Below the pieces are notes generated by a model. That model was not told where the DNA came from and searched no databases. It worked only from the letters and a program-made list of their open reading frames with translations. This document shows positions 28,712 to 39,924 of a stretch of 64,000 nucleotides of DNA, piece after piece (within the stretch, counting starts at the first letter, position 1; every line of letters begins with the position of its first letter). The DNA comes from a virus (lineage: Duplodnaviria > Caudoviricetes): the IMG/VR virus record IMGVR_UViG_3300042453_004186, positions 425 through 64,424 of that record; one strand, 5' to 3'. The translations under genes were made by a program, and so were the position numbers.

Positions 28712-28962
28712 AGGATAAAATTACAGAAGCAGTTATTGAAGATCTTAAATCAAGAAGTGAACGTGGTATTAAAAAATATAACACTACTTTAGATCAAAAT
28801 AACAAAGATGATTACATGAATCATCTATATGAGGAACTATTAGACGCAGCTCAATATGTTAAAAAAGAAATGTCTATTATTCCTGAAATTCAAGAATTAA
28901 TCCAAAAATACCCTAACAATGCTGAGTTAGGGGAGATTATTCGTAATAAGTATAAAAAATAA
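28708..28962 (+). CDS. Small helical phage protein, possibly MazG-like
   Basis: RSERGIKKY..TL...HLYEELLDAAQY. Confidence 0.5.
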   Translation: MKDKITEAVIEDLKSRSERGIKKYNTTLDQNNKDDYMNHLYEELLDAAQYVKKEMSIIPEIQELIQKYPNNAELGEIIRNKYKK

Positions 28963-28965
28963 GTT

Positions 28966-29901
28966 TTGGCTAAATCGGTTCCATTTTTAGTAAAGGTTAT
29001 AAAGAATTATAAACCTCAAGAGATAAATTATGCTTTTCAAAAGACAATCTCTTATAGTCAATTTTCTGTTTATAATGAATGTCCTTTAAAATGGAAATTA
29101 CTTTATAAAGATAATTTACAAATATATCAACCAACAATTCATACTGTATTTGGAACAGCAATGCACGAGACTATCCAAGCATATATTACTAAAATATATG
29201 ATGAAAGTGGAGCAGCAGCTGATAGAATGAACTTAGATGAATTATTCGAAGACAGATTCAGAGAAACATATAGTTCTGAATATAAAAAGAATAAGAGCAT
29301 TCATTTTAGCTCATCACCCGAAATGAGAGAATTTTATGATGACGGGTTGGCTATTATAGATTATCTAAAAAAGAAACGAAACCAATACTTCAGTATCAAA
29401 AACTGGCATTTAGTAGGATGTGAAATTCCTATTGTCATTAACCCAACTGACCAACATAAAAACTTGTTATATAAGGGCTATCTTGACCTAGTATTATATA
29501 ATGAAGTTACAAATAAGTTGAAGATAATCGATTTTAAAACATCTACTAGGGGTTGGAATGACGATACCAAAAAAGATGAAAATAAGCAATTTCAACTAAT
29601 ATTATACAAACATTATTTAAGTAAACAATTTAATGTTCCTGAAGATAATATTGATGTTGAATTTGTTATATTAAAAAGAAAAATATGGGAGGAAAGTGAG
29701 TATCCCCAAAGTCGAATTCAAGAATATGCTCCACCAAGTGGGAAAGTAAAAATGAATAAGGCTAAAACTGCTTTGAATAAATTTCTTGATGAATGTTTTG
29801 AGTTAGATGGAACATTTAAAGAAACAGATCACCAACCAACAGTAAACAAAAACTGCCAATGGTGCCCGTTTAATAACAGAAAAGATTTATGCCAAGTGTA
29901 A
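28966..29901 (+). CDS. PD-(D/E)XK nuclease (RecB/Cas4-like)
   Basis: SYSQ..Y..CP, GTAMHE, GYLDL, IIDFKT, QL.LY, CQWCPF; TTG start. Confidence 0.85.
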   Translation: MAKSVPFLVKVIKNYKPQEINYAFQKTISYSQFSVYNECPLKWKLLYKDNLQIYQPTIHTVFGTAMHETIQAYITKIYDESGAAADRMNLDELFEDRFRETYSSEYKKNKSIHFSSSPEMREFYDDGLAIIDYLKKKRNQYFSIKNWHLVGCEIPIVINPTDQHKNLLYKGYLDLVLYNEVTNKLKIIDFKTSTRGWNDDTKKDENKQFQLILYKHYLSKQFNVPEDNIDVEFVILKRKIWEESEYPQSRIQEYAPPSGKVKMNKAKTALNKFLDECFELDGTFKETDHQPTVNKNCQWCPFNNRKDLCQV

Positions 29902-29941
29902 TTTTCTCACTTTTATATATATTTATATACAAATAAAAGCT

Positions 29942-30130
29942 ATGAGTAAAAAAGACATGACACTTACAAGTGTTAAAGTACAAAGCGAGTTATTTGAAGA
30001 TTTTAAAATGAGTTGTGTAAAACATAAGTTCTCTTTACAAAAACTTGTAGACCGCACAATCCATTTATATCTTACAGACGACGAGTTTAGAAAATCAATT
30101 CACAATCACAATAATTTAGATATAAAATAA
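29942..30130 (+). CDS. Ribbon-helix-helix-like DNA-binding protein
   Basis: LTSVKV strand followed by two helices; heads the glycan locus. Confidence 0.55.
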   Translation: MSKKDMTLTSVKVQSELFEDFKMSCVKHKFSLQKLVDRTIHLYLTDDEFRKSIHNHNNLDIK

Positions 30131-30136
30131 AGTTAC

Positions 30137-31573
30137 ATGAATTCAAGTTTTGCTTATCTTCCTCAAAACGAAAGGAAGAAAATCTTGCTTATCTGCGATG
30201 ACATTAGAGTTCATTCAGGTGTAGCAACAGTTGCTCGAGAAATGGTAATAAACACCGCTCAGCATTTTAATTGGGTTAACGTTGGGGGAGCCATTAATCA
30301 CCCAGAACAAGGTAAACGCTTAGACTTAAGCGCAGATACTAATGTTAACACCGGGTTAACTGATAGCTCAGTTGTAGTATACCCAACCAACGGATATGGG
30401 GATGCTCGTTTCATTAGACATCTAATCCAAATGGAAAAGCCAGATGCTATTTTCCTAATTACTGACCCAAGATATTTTATCTGGCTATTTCAAATCGAAA
30501 ACGAAATCAGAAAGAAAACACCTATTATCTATTTGAATATTTGGGATGATTACCCAGCGCCAATGTATAATAAGCCATATTATGAATCATGTGATGCTTT
30601 GTTGGCTATTTCAAAACAAACTAAAAACATTAATGAATTAGTGTTAGGTGATAAAACAAAAGGTAAAATCATTGAGTATGTTCCTCATGGGTTAAATGAA
30701 GAAGTATTTAAACCACTTAATAAAAAAGATAAAGAATTAATCGATTTTAAAAAGAAATTATTTGGAGGTAAAGATATTGATTTTGCTTTATTCTTTAACT
30801 CAAGAAATATTCGCCGCAAACAAATTCCGGACGCATTATTTGCTTATAAAATATTTATCGATTCATTAACTGAAGAACAAGCTAAGAAATGTGCTTTTGT
30901 ATTGCATACCCAAGTAGTAGATGATAATGGTACTGATTTGGAAGCAGTAAGAGAAATGTTATTTGGAAGTGACTCTAAATATAATATCATATTCTCTAAC
31001 CAAGTATTAGATCCTAATGGAATGAATATGTTATATAACAGTACAGATGCTCAAATTTTATTAACCAATAATGAAGGATGGGGATTAAGTTTAACCGAAG
31101 CAATTTTAGTAGGTAACCCTATTATTGCAAACGTAACAGGTGGAATGCAAGACCAAATGCGTTTTAGTAAAAAAGGCAAATGGATTGATTTTAGTGCTGA
31201 TTTCCCTTCTAACCATACCGGTAAGATTAAAGAACATGGTGAATGGGCTTTCCCAGTATACCCGACTAATAGATCAATTCAAGGCTCTCCATTAACTCCT
31301 TACATTTGGGATGATAGATGTAATGCAGAAGACGCGGCTGAACAAATTAAAGCTGTTTATAAATTATCTAAAGAAGAGAGACAAGCATTAGGATTAAAAG
31401 GTCGTGAATGGGCTTTAAGTGAAGAAGCTGGGTTCACAGCTGAAAATATGGGTAAAAAAGTTATTAAAACATTAGATAAGTTGTTTAAAACTTGGAAACC
31501 AAGAGAAAAATATGAATTTATAAACACAAGTGAAGTTAAAGATAAAGTAGTACCTCACAAATTAGTATATTAA
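30137..31573 (+). CDS. Glycosyltransferase (GT-B, GT4-like)
   Basis: SGVATV, VPHG, RNIRRK, EGWGLSLTEA, TGGM. Confidence 0.88.
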   Translation: MNSSFAYLPQNERKKILLICDDIRVHSGVATVAREMVINTAQHFNWVNVGGAINHPEQGKRLDLSADTNVNTGLTDSSVVVYPTNGYGDARFIRHLIQMEKPDAIFLITDPRYFIWLFQIENEIRKKTPIIYLNIWDDYPAPMYNKPYYESCDALLAISKQTKNINELVLGDKTKGKIIEYVPHGLNEEVFKPLNKKDKELIDFKKKLFGGKDIDFALFFNSRNIRRKQIPDALFAYKIFIDSLTEEQAKKCAFVLHTQVVDDNGTDLEAVREMLFGSDSKYNIIFSNQVLDPNGMNMLYNSTDAQILLTNNEGWGLSLTEAILVGNPIIANVTGGMQDQMRFSKKGKWIDFSADFPSNHTGKIKEHGEWAFPVYPTNRSIQGSPLTPYIWDDRCNAEDAAEQIKAVYKLSKEERQALGLKGREWALSEEAGFTAENMGKKVIKTLDKLFKTWKPREKYEFINTSEVKDKVVPHKLVY

Positions 31574-31579
31574 GAAGTT

Positions 31580-32887
31580 ATGAGTAAACCGTTATTTTTT
31601 ATCTCCTGCCCTATTGATACTTATAGTGGCTACGGAGCACGCTCTCGAGATTTAGTTAGAGCAATTATTGAATTAGATAAATACGATGTAAAGATTATCC
31701 CACAAATGTGGGGTAATACTCCCTGGGAATTTATCCATGATAACCCAGAGTGGGAATTTTTAAATGATCATATTTGGAATCAACCTCAATTACCAAAGCA
31801 ACCTGAGATTTGGATGCAAATTACTATACCAAGTGAATTTCAACCTATTGGAAAATTTAATATTGGAGTAACAGCCGGTATTGAAACAACAATTTCACCA
31901 GGTGATTGGATTGAAGGATGTAATAGAATGAATTTAGTATTAACTTCTTCTGAACATTCTAAAGAGACATTTATTAAAACTGTGATGCAGCAGGTAGATC
32001 AACGCACTAACCAAGTTGTTGGTGAGTTAAAAATTGAAAAACCAATTGAAGTACTATTTGAAGGTGCAAATGTTGAAATTTATAAACCACTTGACAAAGT
32101 ATCTTTATTCCCTGAGTTAAATGATATTAAGGAAAAATTTGCATTTCTGTTTGTAGGTCACTGGATTAATGGTGATTTGGGTGAGGATAGAAAAAATGTT
32201 GGGTTATTAATTAAAATGTTTTTTGAAATATTTAAAAATAAAAAAGATAAACCTGCACTTATTTTAAAAACATCTCAAATGGGTTCTTCATATGTAGACC
32301 GAGATGAAATTTTAAAGAAAATTAAAGCTATCAAAAACTCGGTTAACAGCAAAGATTTACCTAATGTCTATTTAATACACGGTGAATTTAGTGATGTTGA
32401 AATGAATGAGTTATATAATCATCCTAAAATTAAAGCGATGATTAACTTAACTAAAGGTGAAGGATTTGGACGACCACTACTTGAATTTAGTTTAACTAAA
32501 AAACCAATTATCACAACTAATTGGAGTGGACATACAGATTTCTTAAACCCAGAATTTACTACAATGTTACCTGGTACATTAACTAATGTTCACCCAAGTG
32601 CTGCTAACAATTGGTTATTAAAAGAATCACAATGGTTCTCAGTAGATTTAGGCCATGCTGGTACTACCATTAAAGATATATTTGAAGACCACAAGAAATA
32701 TATTGATGGTGCTAAACGCCAGGCACACAAAAGCAAAACTGAGTTTAGTTGGGATAAAATGAAGGATAAAGTAGATGAATTATTTACTAAATATATCCCT
32801 GAGTTCCCGAAACAAGTTCAATTGCAACTCCCTAAATTAAAAAAGATTGAATTACCAAAATTAAAAAAAGTAGAAAATAATGGATAA
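31580..32887 (+). CDS. Glycosyltransferase (GT-B, GT4-like)
   Basis: SGYG, FLFVG, RKN, EGFGRPLLE, TNWSG. Confidence 0.88.
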   Translation: MSKPLFFISCPIDTYSGYGARSRDLVRAIIELDKYDVKIIPQMWGNTPWEFIHDNPEWEFLNDHIWNQPQLPKQPEIWMQITIPSEFQPIGKFNIGVTAGIETTISPGDWIEGCNRMNLVLTSSEHSKETFIKTVMQQVDQRTNQVVGELKIEKPIEVLFEGANVEIYKPLDKVSLFPELNDIKEKFAFLFVGHWINGDLGEDRKNVGLLIKMFFEIFKNKKDKPALILKTSQMGSSYVDRDEILKKIKAIKNSVNSKDLPNVYLIHGEFSDVEMNELYNHPKIKAMINLTKGEGFGRPLLEFSLTKKPIITTNWSGHTDFLNPEFTTMLPGTLTNVHPSAANNWLLKESQWFSVDLGHAGTTIKDIFEDHKKYIDGAKRQAHKSKTEFSWDKMKDKVDELFTKYIPEFPKQVQLQLPKLKKIELPKLKKVENNG

Positions 32888-33338
32888 AATTATAAATTGT
32901 CCTAAATCAGGAGGTGACTTGTGTTATGAAACACAGGTCACACCTGAAATAACAAATTGGATGTCACTATCCTGTGGGTTTTGGACTAACTCACTTATGA
33001 CTGAAGGAAGTGAATTTTATGATACTCAAATGGAAATGCTTCCTGAGTTATATAAAGAATTAGCTTGGAAAGATGAAGCAACAGGTTTAATTTGGTTACC
33101 ACAAACAATCAATGAGCCTAAACAAGGTATGGTGTTTGCTAATGGTAATGATACTTCAAACTGGAAGTGGGCGGCTGTTAAAGCAGTGCCTGTAACTGAA
33201 GAAGAAAAATTCAAATACCCAATTCCAAAACAACCTGGTAAATTTTATGAGTATAGAATGGATATGAATACTCTTAAACATTTTGAAGAAAGAGACTTCA
33301 TAGATGCTTTAAGTTACATAGGTTTACTCCCAGAATAA
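32880..33338 (+). CDS. Hypothetical protein
   Basis: ORF track; N-terminal Cys motifs. Confidence 0.7.
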   Translation: MDKIINCPKSGGDLCYETQVTPEITNWMSLSCGFWTNSLMTEGSEFYDTQMEMLPELYKELAWKDEATGLIWLPQTINEPKQGMVFANGNDTSNWKWAAVKAVPVTEEEKFKYPIPKQPGKFYEYRMDMNTLKHFEERDFIDALSYIGLLPE

Positions 33339-33346
33339 TATAACAT

Positions 33347-34231
33347 ATGAACATATTAGTTACAGGTGGAGCCGGCTTTATAGGCTCTAACCTAACAAAA
33401 AAACTAAAAGAAACATACCCTAAATCTAATATTACAGTATTAGATAATTACTTCACAGGTAAACCTAAAAACCATATACCAGATGTTGAATACATAAGTG
33501 GTAATACATGGGATGCTAAAGAATTATTAGCCGGCTGTAAATTTGATATCGTATATCATTTTGGGGAATATTCTCGGATAGTTAAATCATTTGATGACAT
33601 ACAATATGTAATTAAAACTATTCTATATGGTACCCCGATTATCTTAGACTTATGCCTAGAATGGAATGCTAAAGTTATATACTCAGCATCATCATCAAAA
33701 TTTGGGAATGATGGTAAAGATGAAAATTTATCTCCATATGCTTGGTGTAAATCTAAAATGGTAGAACTAATAAAAAACTACTCAAAATGGTTTGGTCTTA
33801 AATATGAAATTTGTTATTTTTACAATGTATATGGCCCCAACCAAATAGTTGAAGGTGATTATGCTACAGTAATAGGAATATTTGAAAAACAATACAAAGA
33901 AAACAAATCTTTAACAGTAGTTACACCTGGCACCCAAAGTAGAGATTTTACACACGTAGAAGATATAGTTGAAGGGCTAATAAAAGTTACGGAACAAGAT
34001 GAACAAAATGAATGGCATTTAAGATCTGGAAAAAACATAACTATTTTAGAGGTAGCTACATTGTTTGATCATAAATGGGAATTTGTCCCTGAAAGAAAAG
34101 GTGAAAGGTTTACTAGCAAAGAATTCCCTTCAGATACTCAAGAAAAATTAGATTGGAAGCCAAAGCATACTTTAAAAAATTGGATAGATAAGATAAAAAA
34201 TGAAAATCAGTTATGCAATCACAGTTTGTAA
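33347..34231 (+). CDS. NAD-dependent nucleotide-sugar epimerase/dehydratase
   Basis: TGGAGFIGS, YAWCK, YNVYGP, RDFTHVED. Confidence 0.9.
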   Translation: MNILVTGGAGFIGSNLTKKLKETYPKSNITVLDNYFTGKPKNHIPDVEYISGNTWDAKELLAGCKFDIVYHFGEYSRIVKSFDDIQYVIKTILYGTPIILDLCLEWNAKVIYSASSSKFGNDGKDENLSPYAWCKSKMVELIKNYSKWFGLKYEICYFYNVYGPNQIVEGDYATVIGIFEKQYKENKSLTVVTPGTQSRDFTHVEDIVEGLIKVTEQDEQNEWHLRSGKNITILEVATLFDHKWEFVPERKGERFTSKEFPSDTQEKLDWKPKHTLKNWIDKIKNENQLCNHSL

Positions 34232-34820
34232 TGAACTAGAAGAAGTAAGTCGTTTACTTAATTTCCTACATCAACATAAACGATCTGAAGATGAAATTTG
34301 TGTTTTATTAGATAAACCAAAAGCATCTCAACAGTTATTAGATGAACTTTATTATTGGTCATCTAAAGATATTATCATCTTAAAAGAAAGTGCATTTCAA
34401 GGTCATTTTGCTGATTGGAAAAATGAATTAAACAGAATGTGTTCTGGTGATTATATCTTCCAAATTGACGCCGATGAAGTGCCCAATGAAGAATTACTAG
34501 AAGCACTCCCAGATATATTATCTAACTCCGGGTCTGACGTTATATTAACTCCTAGAATTAATATTGTAGAAGGTATTACTCCTCAACATTTACAAATGTG
34601 GGGTTGGAAACAAAATGATAAAGGATGGGTTCAATTCCCTGATTACCAATGGAGAATATTTAAAAATACTCCGGGTATTACATGGAAGAATAAAGTACAT
34701 GAAGTACTAGATGGATATAAGACATATGCTTATCTGCCTGAGTTTGAAGAGTATTCTTTATACCATTATAAACACATATTAAGACAAGAATCACAAAATA
34801 ATTTTTACAATAAGTTATGA
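34200..34820 (+). CDS. Glycosyltransferase family 2
   Basis: FADWKN, IDADE, PDYQWR, VHE. Confidence 0.85.
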   Translation: MKISYAITVCNELEEVSRLLNFLHQHKRSEDEICVLLDKPKASQQLLDELYYWSSKDIIILKESAFQGHFADWKNELNRMCSGDYIFQIDADEVPNEELLEALPDILSNSGSDVILTPRINIVEGITPQHLQMWGWKQNDKGWVQFPDYQWRIFKNTPGITWKNKVHEVLDGYKTYAYLPEFEEYSLYHYKHILRQESQNNFYNKL

Positions 34821-35863
34821 GAAAGCAGGATATTAAAAAAACAGCTTTAATATTAGGGGGAGGAGGATTTATAGGTGGACATTTAGCTAAACGTCTTAAA
34901 GAAGAAGGATTTTGGGTACGAGTAGTAGATATTAAAAAACACGAATATTTTACTGAAGCCGAGATATGTCACGAGTTTATTCAAGGTGACCTACGAGACC
35001 CAATGTTAGTAAGTCGAGTAATGATGGCCCCAAATCAAATATCTGAGAATGATAATATAAACTCATTTGATGAGGTTTATCAATTAGCAGCAGATATGGG
35101 CGGAGCAGGCTATATCTTCACAGGCGATAATGATGCAAACGTAATGCATAACTCAGCATTAATAAATTTAAATGTAGTACATGAAGCATCTAAAAAATCC
35201 GCTAAACGAGTATTTTACAGCTCTTCAGCATGTATGTACCCAGAACATAACCAGCTAGACCCCGATAACCCAAATTGCGAAGAATCAAGTGCATACCCTG
35301 CAAACCCAGATTCAGAGTATGGTTGGGAAAAATTATTTAGCGAAAGATTATTTTTAGCATTTAATCGTAACTACAAATTAGATGTAAGAGTAGCTCGTTT
35401 TCATAACATATTTGGACCACAAGGTACTTGGAAAGGTGGTAAAGAAAAAGCACCTGCTGCTATGTGTCGTAAAGTTGTTGAGAGTGAGGGTGAAATTGAA
35501 GTATGGGGTGATGGAAAACAAACTCGATCGTTTCTTTATATCGATGAATGTATTGAAGCAGTTCTTCAATTTATGAGACAAAATGAATTTTTAGGCCCAG
35601 TCAATATTGGATCTGAGGAAATGGTTACTATTAATCAATTAGCTGAGATGGCTATTAAAGTGTCTAATAAGAGTATTAAAATTAAAAATATTGCTGGGGA
35701 GGAATTTAAAGCCAAATATGGTTTTAAATGCCCTGTAGGCGTTAGAGGAAGAAACTCAGATAATAAATTATTTAAAGAAAAGGTAGGATGGGAGCCAACT
35801 CAGCCGTTAATTAAAGGTATAGAAAAAACATACAATTGGATTAAAGAACAACTATATAAATAA
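34817..35863 (+). CDS. GDP-mannose 3,5-epimerase-like SDR
   Basis: LAADMGGAGYI, SSSACMYP, YGWEKL, RFHNIFGP, GGKEKAPAAMCRK, GVRGRNSDN. Confidence 0.85.
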   Translation: MRKQDIKKTALILGGGGFIGGHLAKRLKEEGFWVRVVDIKKHEYFTEAEICHEFIQGDLRDPMLVSRVMMAPNQISENDNINSFDEVYQLAADMGGAGYIFTGDNDANVMHNSALINLNVVHEASKKSAKRVFYSSSACMYPEHNQLDPDNPNCEESSAYPANPDSEYGWEKLFSERLFLAFNRNYKLDVRVARFHNIFGPQGTWKGGKEKAPAAMCRKVVESEGEIEVWGDGKQTRSFLYIDECIEAVLQFMRQNEFLGPVNIGSEEMVTINQLAEMAIKVSNKSIKIKNIAGEEFKAKYGFKCPVGVRGRNSDNKLFKEKVGWEPTQPLIKGIEKTYNWIKEQLYK

Positions 35864-35864
35864 T

Positions 35865-36428
35865 ATGATATACAAAACCCACAGTCAAATAACTGTTAAA
35901 GGAGAAAAAGGATTAACACCTTTTGATCTATTTGGAAAATACAAATTTAATCATAATATCTTTTTTGAAACTGGAACCCACCATGGTGATGGCGTAACAA
36001 GAGCCTTAAAACTTGGCTTTAATAAAGCACTTTCAGTAGAAATAGACCAAAACTATTTTCTAGAGTGTTATGATAAATTCACAGAAGAAATAATTCAAGG
36101 TAAAGTTCATTTATTCTTTGGAGATTCTAATGCATGGATGGATCACATGCTAAAACTAATAAAAGAACCAACACTGTTTTGGCTAGACGGACACCCAGAT
36201 GGTATTGATGGAAATCCACTATGGGAAGAATTAAATGCTATAAAACGTCATAATATTAAAACTCATACTATTTTGATAGATGATATTCCAATTTATTTTG
36301 ATCCTAAACAAGTAGAAGATAAATTATTAGAAATAAATCCAAATTATGTTTTTACATATGAAAACGCCCTTAATGAAAATAATGGTGACGTATATAAAAA
36401 TTATCATTTAGCAGCATACATAAAATAA
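35865..36428 (+). CDS. Class I SAM-dependent methyltransferase-like protein
   Basis: FFETGTHHGDG, SVEID, GDS, FWLDGH, ILIDD. Confidence 0.65.
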   Translation: MIYKTHSQITVKGEKGLTPFDLFGKYKFNHNIFFETGTHHGDGVTRALKLGFNKALSVEIDQNYFLECYDKFTEEIIQGKVHLFFGDSNAWMDHMLKLIKEPTLFWLDGHPDGIDGNPLWEELNAIKRHNIKTHTILIDDIPIYFDPKQVEDKLLEINPNYVFTYENALNENNGDVYKNYHLAAYIK

Positions 36429-36438
36429 AACAAATAAC

Positions 36439-38355
36439 ATGCATAAAGTAGTTCATAAACCTTGGGGAAAAGAAGAATGGTTAGCATTAAATGATTTTTA
36501 TTGCTACAAACGAATTTACATAAATGCTAAGTATAAAACCAGCTATCAATACCACCAATTTAAACATGAAACCAACTACATCATTTCAGGAACAGCTGAA
36601 GTGTGGTTAGAAAATGATGAGGGTGTTGTTGAGAAAAAAATTATGGGTGCCGGGGACTTTTTTGATGTTACTCCACCTAAAAAGCATAGAGTTATAGCTA
36701 TAACTGATATTATTTTACAGGAAGTATCTACCCCACACGTAGACGATGTTATTAGAATAAACGATGAATTTAATCGAACAGACGGAAAAGTAGAAGCAGA
36801 GCATAAAACACCGGCAGTACTGATTCTAGCAGCCGGGATAGGCAGTCGTTTAAAAAATTTAACTAAAAATATTAATAAAGCATTATTACCTATTAACAAT
36901 AAGGCTATTATTTCTTATATTATAGATAAATTCCCTAATGAATATGAATTTGTAGTAGCCCTTGGGTATAAGGGAGAATCACTAAAAGAATATTGTCTGC
37001 TAAATTACCCAAACCATAAATTTACATTCGTAAACATTAATAACTTCGACCAAGAAGGTTCAGGGCCTGGGTACTCAGCACTGCAGTGTAAACAACATTT
37101 GCAACGCCCGTTTTATTTTGTAGTAGCAGATTGTATTATAGACTCAAAAATGCCCCATTTAGATGGAAATTGGTTAGGCGTTTACCCTACTAGCTACCCT
37201 GAAAAATACTCCACAGCAGATGTAGATGAAAATGACAATATCCTAAAATTTGTAAACAAAGACACACAAGGATATGACAACGCATTTATAGGTCTAGCCA
37301 GCATTTGGGATTTTGATATATTTTGGAGTGAACTAGAATCTAATACTCAAAATGGGGAAATAGTATCTGCATTTAAAAACCCAGACAAATACCCTAGCTT
37401 TAAAGCTAAGCATCTAAAATGGTTAGACACAGGTAATTTAGATGATTTAAACCGAACTAAAGAGTATTTTGGTGATAATCCGTTGTCATTGTACAAAGTA
37501 ACAGATGAAATAACATATAAGGAAAATAAATTTATCAAATTTAATCCTAGTGAAACATTTATTGAAAATAAAACAGAACGAGCTAATATTTTAAAAGATA
37601 TTATCCCGTCTGGGTTTTCTAATAGTAAGTATTTTATTAGTTATAATTGGGAAAATGGGGAAACATTGTACCACTATGATAATTTAAATTATTTTCTTAA
37701 GTTTTTAGATTTTTATGATAACCTTATTAGTACTAAAGCTAAGTTTTTTGATGGAAACATAAATGAATTTACCGCATTTTATATTGATAAAACTAATCAA
37801 CGCAAAAATAAATTTATAGAAAAATTTGGAGAGCAATATGCTGAACAAGAATACTCTATTAATGGTGTTAAATACAAATCCTTAAACAACATATTAGATA
37901 ATCTAAACATTGAGCATGCTGCTTTTAAAATGTATGATTTATTTCACGGTGATTTACAATTCGATAATATACTTTTTGACCCAACAACTGATAAGTTTAC
38001 ATATATTGATTGGAGAGAATCATTTGCTGGTAATACAAAAGGTGGAGATTTGTACTATGATTTAGCTAAATTATATGGTGGTTGTATTATCCCTTATAAT
38101 AAAGTTAAAGACGATTCATATATTACTTTAAATGAAGGGTCATCTAACATAAGTTATTCTTGCAAGGTATCTAAACATTTGGCCCAATTTAAAACAGAAT
38201 ACGAAAAATGGATAGTAACCAATGGATATGACTTAAACACAGTAAAACTCATTACAGCTATAATATTCTTAAACATGTCCCCACTTCATGATGATAAATT
38301 TTCTAAAATGCTGTGGTTTAAATCTATTGAATTGCTTAGCAATGCTAATAAATAA
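36439..38355 (+). CDS. Cupin + sugar nucleotidyltransferase + APH/choline-kinase-like fusion
   Basis: KPWGKE..SYQYH..KHE..HR..EVST; ILAAGIGSRL..NKALL; HGDLQFDNIL..IDWR..YDLAKL. Confidence 0.82.
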   Translation: MHKVVHKPWGKEEWLALNDFYCYKRIYINAKYKTSYQYHQFKHETNYIISGTAEVWLENDEGVVEKKIMGAGDFFDVTPPKKHRVIAITDIILQEVSTPHVDDVIRINDEFNRTDGKVEAEHKTPAVLILAAGIGSRLKNLTKNINKALLPINNKAIISYIIDKFPNEYEFVVALGYKGESLKEYCLLNYPNHKFTFVNINNFDQEGSGPGYSALQCKQHLQRPFYFVVADCIIDSKMPHLDGNWLGVYPTSYPEKYSTADVDENDNILKFVNKDTQGYDNAFIGLASIWDFDIFWSELESNTQNGEIVSAFKNPDKYPSFKAKHLKWLDTGNLDDLNRTKEYFGDNPLSLYKVTDEITYKENKFIKFNPSETFIENKTERANILKDIIPSGFSNSKYFISYNWENGETLYHYDNLNYFLKFLDFYDNLISTKAKFFDGNINEFTAFYIDKTNQRKNKFIEKFGEQYAEQEYSINGVKYKSLNNILDNLNIEHAAFKMYDLFHGDLQFDNILFDPTTDKFTYIDWRESFAGNTKGGDLYYDLAKLYGGCIIPYNKVKDDSYITLNEGSSNISYSCKVSKHLAQFKTEYEKWIVTNGYDLNTVKLITAIIFLNMSPLHDDKFSKMLWFKSIELLSNANK

Positions 38356-38950
38356 AGATACTAAAATATTCTGCTCATTTTCCTCTAACCCCGGAAATAA
38401 TGGATGTGAATTTTTTAATACTAAATTCCAAGAAAACAATATTAATGCTGTATATAAGTCGTTTTACTCAAATGATATAGCTAAATCCATAGACGCCGTT
38501 AAAACATTAGATATTGCTGGATTTGCTGTTAGTATGCCATTTAAAACCACAGTATTAGATTATGTTGATGAAATAGATGATGCAAGCCAAAACATAGGTG
38601 CTGCTAACACTATCACAAATACAAACGGGTATCTAAAAGCATACAACACAGATTGGATAGGGGTTTCTAAATATATTTTGGAAAGCATTGATTTTTTAAC
38701 TATATTGGGTGATGGAGGATTTAGTAAAGCTATTCAATATATGTGTGTTAAAAAGAATATTCCATATCAAATTATCACAAGAAAAGATTGGGATAAAGTA
38801 TACAATTTAGAAGGATATGTTTTTAATGCTACCCCGATAGATGTAAATACTAAAGGACATTTGATAGATGGTAGACCATTTACTGAACAAGGTAAGATAA
38901 TAGCTAAATTACAAGCAGAAGAACAATATAAAATATACATAAACTTATGA
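38342..38950 (+). CDS. Shikimate dehydrogenase-like oxidoreductase
   Basis: GFAVSMPFK, IGAANT, AYNTDW.G, LGDGG, NATP, QA..Q. Confidence 0.82.
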   Translation: MLINKDTKIFCSFSSNPGNNGCEFFNTKFQENNINAVYKSFYSNDIAKSIDAVKTLDIAGFAVSMPFKTTVLDYVDEIDDASQNIGAANTITNTNGYLKAYNTDWIGVSKYILESIDFLTILGDGGFSKAIQYMCVKKNIPYQIITRKDWDKVYNLEGYVFNATPIDVNTKGHLIDGRPFTEQGKIIAKLQAEEQYKIYINL

Positions 38951-39924
38951 CACCTAAATACTTTATAGGACCGATGTCCAAAAATGTAGTAGACACTATT
39001 ATAGAGTTTTGCAATGAAACAAATAATACCATAGGTCTAATCCCATCTCGTCGACAAGTAGAATGGAATGGAGGGTATGTAAACAATTGGTCAACCAAAG
39101 AATTTGCAAACTATGTTAGATCTAAAACAGATAAAATTCTACTAGTTAGAGATCACTCAGGCCCAGGACAAGGGCAATTAGATGATGATGGATACCAATC
39201 CTTGTCAGAAGATTGTAAACATTTAGATATTATTCATATTGATCCTTGGAAAAAGTACCCCGCCTTTAACTTAGGATTAAAAGAGACAATCAAAATGATT
39301 GAATATTGTTATGATCTAAACCCTAATATACAGTATGAGGTAGGCACAGAAGAAGCCATTAGACGATTTGAACCATATGAATTAGATGATTTAATACACC
39401 AACTTAAATCCCAATTGACCCCTGAAGTATTTAACCAAATAAAATACCTAGTAATCCAATCTGGTACTTCTTTAAAAGGAACAAATCAAACTGGTGCTTA
39501 TGACTCTAGTAGATTAAAAGAAATGATTGATGTATGTAAACGCCATAATCTTATCTCTAAAGAACACAATGGAGACTACATCCCAGTTTCTACTATTAAA
39601 GAAAAATTTGAATTAGGATTAGACTCAATTAATATTGCCCCTGAATTTGGGTTAATTGAAACATTAACTTATCTAAATGAAATAACCGATTCTGACACAT
39701 TTGAAAAATACTTTCAAATATGTTATGATTCTAAAAAATGGGTAAAATGGGTAAATGAAGATTTTGACCCACATTCTAATAAAGAAGAATTGATTAAAAT
39801 ATGTGGTCATTATGTTTTATCTAACCATCATTTTTTATATGATATTAAATCTAAATTTCCCAATATAGATCAACAAGTTAAAAACAATATCAAAAACAAA
39901 TTAAAAGAGTTATATGGATGCTAG
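38947..39924 (+). CDS. GatZ/KbaZ-like sugar-phosphate epimerase/aldolase-fold protein
   Basis: SRRQV...GGY, RDHSGP, IHIDP, YEVGTEE, KEHNGDY, NIAPEFG. Confidence 0.65.
   Translation: MTPKYFIGPMSKNVVDTIIEFCNETNNTIGLIPSRRQVEWNGGYVNNWSTKEFANYVRSKTDKILLVRDHSGPGQGQLDDDGYQSLSEDCKHLDIIHIDPWKKYPAFNLGLKETIKMIEYCYDLNPNIQYEVGTEEAIRRFEPYELDDLIHQLKSQLTPEVFNQIKYLVIQSGTSLKGTNQTGAYDSSRLKEMIDVCKRHNLISKEHNGDYIPVSTIKEKFELGLDSINIAPEFGLIETLTYLNEITDSDTFEKYFQICYDSKKWVKWVNEDFDPHSNKEELIKICGHYVLSNHHFLYDIKSKFPNIDQQVKNNIKNKLKELYGC

Noticed and set aside
28966-29901. Cas4-like nuclease as part of a CRISPR system
   Set aside because: No array or other cas genes; stand-alone PD-(D/E)XK nucleases are common in phage replication modules.
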